Assembly: GCA_044892505.1 (NCBI GenBank)
Contig: CM097883.1
Coordinates: 276,644,001-276,708,000 of the forward strand
Direction: 5' to 3'
Length of the DNA stretch: 64,000 bases
DNA from: Schmidtea nova
Lineage: Eukaryota
Shown: piece after piece, positions 11,201 to 17,820 of the stretch
How positions within the stretch are numbered: position 1 is the first letter of the stretch
Layout of the letters: the number at the start of each line of letters is the position of its first letter
Made by a program: the position numbers and the translations under genes
Notes under the pieces: model-generated
What the model saw: the letters and a program-made list of their open reading frames with translations, nothing else
The model's database searches: none
Told to the model about the DNA's origin: nothing

Positions 11201-12468
11201 TTTATTTCTTCAATTTTATTCATCAAAACTGTTCCTCGCTCATCTGTGTGAGCATGATTTTTCTCAGCTGAAATCATAAAAACTGTCTCTTGCCCAACTG
11301 TGTGAGTCTCATTTATTTCTTCAATTTTATTCATCAAAACTGTTCCTCGCTCATCTGTGTGAGCATGATTTTTCTCAGCTGAAATCATAAAAACTGTATC
11401 ATCTCGATCCATTAGCCGTGCTAATCGATTTTTCTCCTCCTGGATTTCCATTTCCAGTTGTTGCAAATACGTCAATTCTTTATCGTGATTGACCATGAAC
11501 GTAGTTTTCGGCTTGCTGACATTACCACTATTGGTAATCCTACTATTCGTATTATTACTCTGATTTTGAGGACACGACCTCAGAATATGCCCGAATTTTC
11601 CACATCCGTGACATTTTATCTTCCCTGATGAATTCACATCATCCCTTTTAATATTAAAATTCCCATTCGTTGGGAGATTCCTAACTCTACAAACGGAAGC
11701 AACATGCCCTCTGCGTTTGCATTTATCACACTGCAAGTTCGTGACTCTACAGTTCTCAACACTATGATTATTCATACCACATTTAGTACACTGAATACCC
11801 CTACGAGTATCAGCTACCTTCTTACTGTGGCAATCTTTTGATATGTGCCCTTTCTTATGGCAGTTAAAACATTCAATTGCTGGCTTCTCATTATTTACCA
11901 TAAATGATGTAGCTTTTTCTAAGCTGCTTTCGATTACGACAGCTTTTCTTGTTAATTCCCAAAAATCATCTCCCGTGTGGAGAATCAATGCATTTCTCAT
12001 TACATTTGTGAATCCAGCTAATAATTGGTCTTTAACCATAGCTTTAGTTGCATCATTCCAGGTAGTTCTGAGCCCAAATGCTCTTTCTGCTAATAACAAT
12101 AATTGATAGGAAAATTCTCCTACATGTTCATTTGCATTCTGCTTCCTGTGATAAAATTGTTGTCGGAAAATTCTACTTGAATCTCCCGGTAATATTCTAG
12201 CCGTTAGTGATTCTCTCATCTTTTCCCATGTACCTGGTTTATCTGCTGCTGGTAACGCCATAATATCATTGTAATTTTCCCTTGCCATACCCTTAAGGTA
12301 AATTGGCAGTCTTTGTATCATTATTGCATCTGGATACCCATAGGCCTTTGCCATCTGATAATACTCTGACATAAACTCCGGAAATTCCCCTGGATCTCCG
12401 CTAAATGCCTTGACAGGTAAAGCGGGATATCTAGCAAAAACATTATTCTCTTCAGCCATGTCCTCCAC
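2179..12468 (-). CDS. 3429-aa Gag-glycoprotein-Pol-ectodomain polyprotein
   Basis: Uninterrupted ORF in the track, with recognisable Gag, viral glycoprotein, PR, RT, RNaseH and IN motifs in that order. Confidence 0.95.
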   Translation of the reverse strand: MEDMAEENNVFARYPALPVKAFSGDPGEFPEFMSEYYQMAKAYGYPDAIMIQRLPIYLKGMARENYNDIMALPAADKPGTWEKMRESLTARILPGDSSRIFRQQFYHRKQNANEHVGEFSYQLLLLAERAFGLRTTWNDATKAMVKDQLLAGFTNVMRNALILHTGDDFWELTRKAVVIESSLEKATSFMVNNEKPAIECFNCHKKGHISKDCHSKKVADTRRGIQCTKCGMNNHSVENCRVTNLQCDKCKRRGHVASVCRVRNLPTNGNFNIKRDDVNSSGKIKCHGCGKFGHILRSCPQNQSNNTNSRITNSGNVSKPKTTFMVNHDKELTYLQQLEMEIQEEKNRLARLMDRDDTVFMISAEKNHAHTDERGTVLMNKIEEINETHTVGQETVFMISAEKNHAHTDERGTVLMNKIEEINETHTVGQETVFMISAEKNHAHMDGRGTVIMNPIEESDDAHTVGQGTVLMISAEKNHDAYTDEQGNSEPMDSSSENHEVIESETNSDNDDEPSMSTILSEFDQALFKETKAKKGSDTLAKCLKLVDSRYEYQQRLTRELEKLSQGDIKNSEIGKILQLISQVEDDPRYNSDIHKILRKIGTAMEHEWDLQDSHLNIKLPQEQEFNIDMNVRCRTDKLSDTMMKLKHNRYDFYLYGEKLVVGETLLQNGVLPGRVTKLTTKLTGISVPVVDQDSVFLLTQMEIAQLEEVQQIEQRLKIELQKSPRDGETIKEILDWMLVLRIPVESLENIIPILLPVVKETSSFQTEIKMLIRKNGTAIRHQAHRQGMITLDIRISGKEPMTRLYRCFSKVITLRKDLIDTGQTTGIFLIMIHGGQVDDDEYLVDVGCLPFETTTVAIIPVEPPESQWSALRLPDEMVTGNVETQPFNVDIDADNHGEEEIRLNNEETNVGASTSQAVETIRPAWQTKKDRRGRPRKDQMKPPPTEQLNQETIKQVQMKTLSGIARDVDMRDEGVHIPEKSLTWKRLKQIIGILKPEWQITRIKGIQVDKVTQSIAKTMRRLPRGVPQNEIQSMLETLIQDGLSKGKIVTALSMLIQDALARAGNEKKLINREIDQITEITEHYLGTWMSENNFWEEEKHKPRYEFVEEAMNNNHLENGGMGNMTNMILMFLVMMGIMKQTNTMTAFDCSDPKLARIYSLVDAIECKEAHPEKVQTGEKVEYYVYQESEFFRTKIRECRVQRATFEYYCGSHSYTAFLSATLIPRPVNILPEDCLDAFRKGTLRIDNEVTIAAEVGKTLGVTITRGGSIGSDGTCTGRKKTRGSELVSFVVDIEDYSIELREYEGTFDVLSGRLMAHPQCLAKFGSCRTGVITLLYDQILDHCELSLLKKINFHKLNGTKYRDLPKRERIWDKEKTLKRINKQQKEDISEEITPLVLVSEDKKDAIRFVRKDKKTKCGKVVYETNYKGLYLSKTFIQKAKNIHSQDIKITNYINNKIDYLYHDLQGQMQEMYQEVILNDCKLNREIVRNRLAISIVNPDLVTPMLLEDGMFGRIMGEAIYSYQCQPIEVQLTRYNECTLELPVSYQNKIRFVMPVTRRLLDEKQKPQPSICNPAISPLYKVNDRWISLPDRKPSNRKVETLEVTKLEENMEFKSLDELSQGGIYTSADIEEARQTLLFPQVRERGITEIIRTIYQANEMRPDYNLLFGPDHYKEAAKNVMMKIWGRFTNFGIFVAGCSGIYAIFVILKLIITQLISTYSIFKIGGWSWKLILGLCPMCAEFALFKHHRKEIKTIKQRSLVKHEIIGIEMEGNTSYRDDNNSEGGGNGDSLNTVQRQSRSRKRNYNKKPNHQLRKMKYRDYQPPYEATKQIFDKSMISEDEYDSADQKFTINTASPRLKRSPRYMQLPYLRSLPTAPKGESPEFQKTSGEGKQNYALTTPRNKMYISKHQQILDKDARETGKSISLSLENEGKLYPIESLEAIKAKFKEYNPKLSDTEQDEAEKFRANTIGITHATILMANGVNLDKKPMIKIKINRHTVNAVIDSGADGTIIEATLLNQKELESMETSRVSLTGATGTSLNIIGTLACNIKLCDQEFRHDIIVMRTCPVECLLGMDLLRRLKGVVFDCATGLLVRSIGKKRKVYNDDTVFIDHTMIIPPRAETVCFVSTSEQWEGEVVFEPDERFSAKYNLPITHSIGKVENGRIPIRVANLDIKPLKLYPDTRVGRVSKSDQLPNGGSVLTIKAENRESDIEYYDAPTANSKALSRRENIQVNMLLRKYDQVFAKHEYDLGKTNLLEHEIVLNNMKPIKLRPYRIPFSLEEPVDKQVKLMLKHNIIRHSKSPYQSPMIVVAKKDGTVRLCNDYRMVNEATCKDSHPLPLLDYIYGRMRNSKYFSVMDAQKGFYQIKLKEETIPITAFSTSLGHFEYTVMPFGLTGAPATFQRAMNLMLMDVHHAMVYIDDIIVFSPDLEKHLEHLEDVFKRLINANLKVKPSKCKWAESEVVYVGHIISKDGVKPDPANVEKAKNFPEPKTVKHIKGFMGLVGYYRKFIRNFSAIAFPLTQLEGKNVKFVWGKEQQEAFDMLKRMLVEPPILRFPDFEKQFLVMTDASTRGIGAVLGQRDDLGDEYAIAYASRGLKPHEKNYAVIELEALAIVYAIHQFRTYLWGRKIIVYTDHRPLQWLTKHTMDTSKLVRWALILQPYDIEIHYRKGHQNGNADAFSRMDQGDEAEDIKEGRLEGTIFALTREANRLADLMAAQQSDEEINQIRQALEAKFIPTEFNKYWEKNRDKFILEEGLVKYVDVRDNVIMVPKKYREALMLQYHDGALGGHLSSRKTLSRLKQKYFWPTIKQDVQEWCQTCKICITRRNTGKKPHVPMKPMPVPSTPMEMTAMDVLGPFKESNSGNKYILVFCDYLTKWLEAYPIPNHKADTIARIFVEQIVFRYGVPTKLLTDRGADFMSNLLKGINDYFDILKLNTSPYHPQTDGLVERFNGTLANMLASYVNSGQTDWDIHIPSCLFAYRNAVHEGTGQTPFYLMYLRQSKMPIDLLFFPKATQYLDQEDYLMEMRERMQEAWTKAGLSIKFSQEASKDYHDKKAKGHGMLVGDKVMLESHYNKKGLSPKLMRNFKGPYEVLRTTDTNLILQLVANRKAEPIMVHANRCKKVAVTEKDPIKKKEDKGSEPVSDRYPLRSRGVPKSVTFLVIISCLISCVKTFVPTAVQIQDLAFRRSFQEFRIISLAENDTKFKFSFCERRCFHFTLDSNTRVKVIKDLRAEKEYLLDILVQHFMFGRWSDFSKSQWKLKTADFKRKVRINIQQGMITFSQPKQGVDRVKIEIHSDKEIVQELWLNEDIEKQNLKWNSSVEWEAHITYMNNKQKPGVDEWNEVFYEVISLKLPQSSTTTKSVTSLIRKESYVIHPAIWQRLKGLKMVKPTVSTESYIKSCQCEVNEVNPITHLGKLPVGYGLLRQQY
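2236..3000 (-). other. Post-integrase extension: hydrophobic signal-like segment, one or two FN3-like domains, Ser/Thr stalk
   Basis: RYPLRSR then VTFLVIISCLISC; IKDLRAEKEYLLDILVQ...GRWSDFS (FN3 L-x4-Y-x3-V pattern and WSxWS-like motif); sequons NDT and NSS; stalk PQSSTTTKSVTS. Confidence 0.55.
3140..4330 (-). other. Integrase domain
   Basis: HDGALGGH...CQTCKIC; MDVLGP; TDRGADF; LVERFN; GPYEV; no chromodomain seen. Confidence 0.93.
4425..5760 (-). other. Reverse transcriptase and RNase H domains
   Basis: RLCNDYRMVN, MPFGLTGAPATFQR, VYIDDIIVFS, TDASTRGIGAVL, ELEALAIV, TDHRPL, NADAFSR; catalytic residues intact. Confidence 0.95.
6200..6510 (-). other. Retropepsin (aspartic protease) domain
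   Basis: VNAVIDSGADGTII ... CLLGMDLL. Confidence 0.9.
7200..9105 (-). other. Chuvirus (Jingchuvirales)-like fusion glycoprotein embedded in the polyprotein
   Basis: Signal-like MILMFLVMMGIM, then AFDC, CRVQ...YYCG, GSIGSDGTCTG, CLAKFGSC, YETNYKGL, YINNKIDY, GRIMGEAIYSYQCQP, CTLELPV...FVMPVTRRLL, GGIYT, and WGRFTNFGIFVAG leading to a TM segment. The motif order matches the chuviral G family as I recognise it. Confidence 0.85.
9653..9684 (-). other. AT-hook motif
   Basis: KKDRRGRPRKD fits the R-G-R-P core with basic flanks. Confidence 0.6.
9886..10623 (-). other. Two putative ubiquitin-like (beta-grasp) modules separated by a helical segment
   Basis: FYLYGEKLVVGETLLQNGV (10432-10623) and LIMIHGGQVDDDEYLVDVG (9886-10104) resemble the ubiquitin/SUMO LIFAGKQLEDGRTLSDYNI segment; neither ends in GG. 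Confidence 0.4.
11010..11397 (-). repeat. Coding tandem repeat, 111 bp / 37 aa, about 3.5 copies
   Basis: TVFMISAEKNHAHTDERGTVLMNKIEEINETHTVGQE occurs twice identically, then a diverged third copy and a partial fourth. Confidence 0.97.
11570..12468 (-). other. gag: Gag: capsid-like domain plus four CCHC zinc knuckles
   Basis: FSGDPGEFPEFM...LPIYLKGMA; CFNCHKKGHISKDC, CTKCGMNNHSVENC, CDKCKRRGHVASVC, CHGCGKFGHILRSC. Confidence 0.9.
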
Positions 12469-12528
12469 AACTTTTGTCTTTTTAGGAGCTATTTTGTATA
12501 TAACAATATGCCCACTGATAATAATTGA

Positions 12529-12546
12529 ATCACGTCGGGCTCACCA
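12529..12546 (-). promoter_or_regulatory. Primer-binding site complementary to the 3' end of tRNA-Trp
   Basis: TGGTGAGCCCGACGTGAT differs at one base from the tRNA-Trp PBS TGGTGACCCCGACGTGAT, and lies 3 nt after ...CCGAACA. Confidence 0.85.
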
Positions 12547-12549
12547 AAA

Positions 12550-13358
12550 TGTTCGGTTCGTATCAGTGGTTTACGACGAACACAGAAATATAAATATATA
12601 TTTGATACTTTAGTTTGATTATCGGACTCCAAACGATAATCCGCTTATTAATTATAAATAAATTATATGTTTTAGGTTGTGTGTAAAGAAAAACAAGATC
12701 TAATTCCTTTTAATAATATGTATTGTGAAATATGTAAATCAATGTACAATATAATAAAATAGCTGCTAAGCAAAAGTTAGAGAATCGGTTATACAAACCG
12801 TCCTAAGATGTTTAAGAACGAAAGCTGGACCTAAAAGGCTCAACAGCTCCGACTAAATGAAAGGACACAAGATGAGGGGTTTCCCTGTAGTTTAACCGCG
12901 ATAGTGACAACCCAGAATTGGTTGTCACTGTGACTTAATAATTTTCCCTTCTAATAATTTATTATTTAACGATTTTGCTGAAGGGGAAAAATAGTAATAC
13001 AACTATTTCCCCGTGATCGATTTATAAGATTTAAAACAAAACTAGGAAAATTACCAGCTACTAAAGATTATTCCAATTTAGGGAAATTATCACGAACGAA
13101 ATTCAAGCTAAGCTTCTTGTAATACTTCTGCCGTAAAATTAATTTCTCCAATTCACAAATTTGTCAAACTAAAATTCTAAAATTCACTTCGGTAAAATTT
13201 ATGTTCTGTAAACACTTATGTTTCTCTCTCTACTTCTGTCAAAATTACTTTCTGTTTCAACTGATTTTGCAATCAGTTTATATACAAATTATTTTCTCTC
13301 ATGTAGGTCTAGACGACCACCTATTACTAACTACGTGTAGGTCGAAATTGACCTTACA
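12550..13358 (-). repeat. Putative 5' LTR (~809 bp)
   Basis: Ends in ...AACA just before the PBS; candidate start TGTAAGG at 13358, beyond which the sequence becomes low-complexity AT. The outer boundary is unconfirmed because the partner LTR is off-window. Confidence 0.6.
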
Positions 13359-13580
13359 AAATATTACTTTTAAAGTAATTTATTATTACTATATATATCT
13401 TATTATTACTATTTAAATTTCTTATGTATTTATTTATTACTATATTTATTATATATTATTTAATTATTACTGTATTTAATCTATATTTATTTATAGTAAT
13501 TATTTATTTATTTTCTATTTATCTATTTATTTATAGTATTTTTTAATTACTATTTATATTTATTTATTTACTTATAATAT

Positions 13581-15605
13581 TTAATTACAAAAACCCCGAG
13601 ATCCCTTGATCTCGAACCCTAACAGTCCTTCATCCTGTGACATTTCTTCATGAAATCTCTTTCTTTGCCGAACTCTTTGTTGCTTATAGTCAGTATTAAT
13701 ATCACATTTTTTAGCCAGCTCAGTTGCTTCATTCTCAATCTGTTCGAACTCAGATTCAAATTCACTACGCATGTTTTTCATATCGTTTTGAAATAGTTGA
13801 ATCAAATGAGAAGCTGTTGCCAAATCAATACTACTTCTCTGCAAATATGTGGACAGACTGAAAGCCTTATCTAGCACTTTTTTCCATAATATTAAAAGAA
13901 CTAAGAATTTGTATGCATAAAGTGTTACAAGAATACCCTTTGCCTCAGCCACCTGTTTAGAAGTACAGTTTTTTAACTCACCATCCACAATTCGTTGCAG
14001 GGCAACTAATAGTGCTGGTAAATTCTGCAAGACTGCATCTACAGCTGATTTCCTGGATGCCCATCTGGTTTCGCAAAGTCTTTTTAGAGTTAATGTAAAC
14101 GATTTTATATGATTGCATTGTTCTTTTAATATTGAAAGACGAGGTAAACTGCCAGAAAAAAATGTATAAAAACTTTCAAGGGTTCCAAAAAATAACTGAG
14201 TTTGAACATTGGAGGTTACTGTGTCAATTAGAATTAAATTTAAATTTGGTGCACAACAGTGGGTAAAGAGCGCATTTGGAGCAATCTGCCTAACTCTTGC
14301 TTGGAGACCTGATATTTCCCCCGACATTGTGCTAGCTCCATCATATGACTGACCATAACTCATAGTTATTGACAAATCCAAGTTTTCAATTGCTGAAACA
14401 AAAACGTTGAAAAAATCTGGGGCACTTGCTCCCGGTAATTCACTGAATTTTTTAAACCTCTTTACTGCATCGCCATTTTCTGTTACATATCTTAAAGATA
14501 AAGAAAACTGGTCAATGCTACTTATATCAATAGTTGAGTCAACAATCACTGCAAAATACTTAGCTACTTTGATTTCATCCACAATATTTGATAGAATCTG
14601 AGATGATATGGATTGTATCAGATCATTTTGTATATCGGGTCTGAGATATGTTGCATTTCGATCAATCATTAATAAATGTTGTTCCAATATTGCATCATTT
14701 TTAGCCAACAGTTTAATCAGTTCAAAGAAATTCCCTTCGTTTGTCACTGGTGAACCTAAGCCTTGATACTCACGATGGCCACGGAATGCCAATCCTTGTT
14801 TTCCCAAAAAAAGTACTGCATCAATGATACGTTTTAAAATCATCCTATTTTTTCTATTTCTTTCTTTTCTGTTGTCAGAAGACCAGACAACACAATTCTA
14901 TCGTTAAACAACCGGAATTTTGTAAGAAATAGTTCTTTCTCTGCTTTTTTGTGACTTTCGCTACTTTCATGTTTTTCAATTTTGTGCGTGCCTTAAGCAA
15001 AATTCTTGCAGCCAATATTTGGATCACTTCAAGTATCGGATCGACTAGCAAAAAGCCAACAAGCAAAACAAATCATTATATTAGCTTTTGGTGAGTAGAC
15101 CAGCCAATGTCTATCAATTTCTCGACCACCTTTTACTTGTTTCTTCTTATACCAATTAGCACTGAAATGACGTCCAGTTTCATCTTTTGGGAAATTTTCA
15201 AATTTATCTTTAAGACCCAGCTGACACGGACTTAACTCAAGTAGTGCACGAACTAGTTCTGGCGGCACAGGTTTGTCACAAAACAGATGTGGATCTGTTG
15301 GGTATTCCATGTTTGGGTCAATAACTGCACGAAGTCTTATTCTAACTGTGTCATCTTCGTCCTCCACAATAGGGTCTGTTGACGTGATTAGGCCTACTGT
15401 TGAATCAGAACCCACTTCCTGAATAGTCACGGCAGCCGGAGTTGTGGTGTTGTTATCAACTCCTAGATTTGTTGTGAATTCTTTTTCTGACACGGAAGAC
15501 GTCGCAGACATTGTTGGATTGCTGAATGAAAAATATGCATCCAATTTTGTATATTTTGAAGATTCTCTTTCACGATCTTCGACTTCTTTTTTCCTCTTTT
15601 TATCC
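13581..15605 (-). pseudogene. hAT (ZMYM1-like/DUF4371) transposase, frameshifted and truncated at both ends
   Basis: TTF-type zinc finger WLVYSPKANIMICFACWLF; KHESSESH in a shifted frame; LGKQGLAFRGH, DSTIDISSIDQ, YDGASTMSG, HCCAP (HCxAH altered), CETRW; no C-terminal dimerisation domain. Confidence 0.88.
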
Positions 15606-17820
15606 TGGTGGGTTGTTGATCGTCAATATGACCTTGACGTTACTATGGCTCTCATCAACAACTCAACACATAAAACATTTAAACTACCATCTTGTTACCC
15701 GTCACTATGTAACGTTGGTACTGTAACAAGTGGGTGGGTATTCGCAATCAGTGAGCGTCGTCAATACGAAACTATGATTGACCGGATATCTCCTGGGTCC
15801 AAGGGCTACCGATAGAAGGTTTAATGCCCATTTTGTCCCTTCTTCGACGATTTATCTGTAAGCTTTCAATAAAAATTTTCATCGGAAATTCAACATAAAC
15901 ACTCTACATAACTATAAATTCATTATTGCATCCAAATAAATTATTCCGAGCATCAAAAACACTAATATAACCCTATATTTTACCAATATTGCATTTTATG
16001 ATAATTAATACATAAAATATTATATTTTTATAGAAAAATTTTAATCTGCATTTGAAATTTAAGAAAAAATTTTAATTATTACCGTAATTTTATCGAGTTT
16101 AGAAATAATAAAAATAAAATTTCCGTTTGTTTAAAATTGCTAATTTAATCAAAAGGACAAATTTACTCAATTTAAAAATTATATTAATTTTAAATGTAAT
16201 TTTCTGAATTTTTCACTAAATTGATTAATTAACGATTTCTATAGTTCAGATCAACAAGAAATGGATCTCCCCAGAAACTACGAAGTCAGAGGAAAATTCT
16301 CCCACCCAAAATGGGTCAAACCAACTAGAATTCCAGCTCCTACGAAGCAAAATTGCCCGCTCTACCGACCAAGTAAAATTTTGATTATTTCCGAATTATA
16401 ATTTATTTTGAACAATTTTAGAAAATTTCTTGAAGAGAATATGTTGAAACTGGCCCTTCAAGCACTGTAAACCGAAAAATTCCTTGCCGGAGATTCTTAT
16501 CCCTCAAACTGAATGACCATCAATTTTTATCAATAAATTTTTAAATAATTTTTTTTCGTCTTTACTCTTTTTCGTTTGAGTTTTTATTATTTTTATGAAA
16601 TTTTTGTAAATGGGAAATTAAAATAAACTGTAATGTAAATGGCCTATTTGATTTTTACTAAGTTTGGCTGGGTATATTTAATTTTATATGGTATGGTTGA
16701 ATGATAGATATAAGTGAATGAAATTTTTGTATGGGTTTTCTGGATGTATGATGCCGACTAACATAACTGTGTAGAATTTTCAGTATGGTTTGCTTGTGTG
16801 TATATAACTATTGAATGCTAATAAATGATTCTGTGTATGTGTGTATATTGTATTTTAAATATATGTTGCTTGTGTATTAGTATGGGAAATGTTATTGAAT
16901 GAAATGGATGTAATTTTTTGCAAATAGGGATGCGTTATGATTTTTGAGATATCGTGGGGGTATTTATAATATACTATATATAAATTATATAAAATATTTT
17001 TAAAATTAAAATAATAATAATAATTTTTATATTAAAATAATAATAATAATTTTTATAATATTTTTATAAATTTTAGATTTATAATTTTACGAAAATAATA
17101 CAATAATAAAATTTCCAATTTTTATATTATAAATTTTTATAATACTTTTTATAAGTTTTAAATTTATAATTTTATGAAAGTAATATAATAATAAAATTTC
17201 TAATTTTTATAATATAAATTTTTATAATCGAATTTTTATATTTTAAGTATATATATATATATAGTAAAAAAAATTTTTCCTATAAAATTTTGAAATTTTG
17301 GATTTTTTAAAATGATAAAATTTTCAATATAATAATAATATTTTCGATTTAAAATTTTTATGGGTTTCAATATAAGTTTTGATTTATAAATTCTTAGGAA
17401 TTTTATAAAATAACAAAATCTTTTATATCATAACAATATTCGGAGAATTTTTGGTTCACAATTTTTCATTATAAAAATTTTTCCAATATAATAAAAAGTA
17501 AATTTTTATTTTTTGATCGAAACGAAATCCACATCATAATAAATTTCTCATCCATAGATTTCGAAATCTAAATAAGCATTTAATCTAAAAAGTTTTTATA
17601 TGCTAAATAAAAATAAAATAAAAATAAGTTATAAATTTTTCAACGAAATTTTTTCGACATCGAATAAAGTTAATTTCGGTTTCATTATTATTCCATCGGA
17701 TTTGAGCATTAATTCGAACGATTTACTTTTTAATATCGGTTTTTAATATTCTGGATCTTGGATGAGAAGAAAATTATTGTGAAGGTGAAGGCGAAGGACG
17801 AGTAAAATGTTTTTGCATAA
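15606..17820. repeat. Copy A of an unclassified dispersed repeat (collinear with 53924-58690)
   Basis: 15606-15860 closely matches 53924-54178 (shared CTCCTGGGTCCAAGGGCTACCGATAGAAGGTTTAATGCCC); 16897-16970 matches 57659-57740; 17761-17815 resembles 58631-58685. The right boundary is approximate. Confidence 0.7.

Larger units (their letters stand above)
1..13358 (-). mobile_element. Large env-bearing Ty3/Gypsy (Metaviridae-like) LTR retrotransposon, 3' end beyond the window
   Basis: Gag, then PR (IDSG), RT (YIDD), RNaseH (TDAS...NADAFSR) and IN (HHCC, D-D-E, GPY), with IN after RNaseH. A tRNA-Trp PBS lies next to a TG...CA-bounded LTR candidate. The 3' LTR and TSD are not visible. Confidence 0.93.

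Noticed and set aside
2179-12468. Classifying the large element as BEL/Pao because chuviral G capture is known there
   Set aside because: The RT/RNaseH motifs (CNDYR, MPFGL, YIDD, TDAS, TDH.PL), GPY-type integrase tail and tRNA-Trp PBS are Ty3/Gypsy-like.
219-12613. Numerous 60-100 aa + strand ORFs overlapping the retroelement
   Set aside because: They are antisense shadows of long coding frames, with no motifs and no independent signals.
15606-15860. Hammerhead or HDV-like ribozyme in the conserved repeat end
   Set aside because: No CTGATGA...GAAA core or convincing HDV pseudoknot found by eye.
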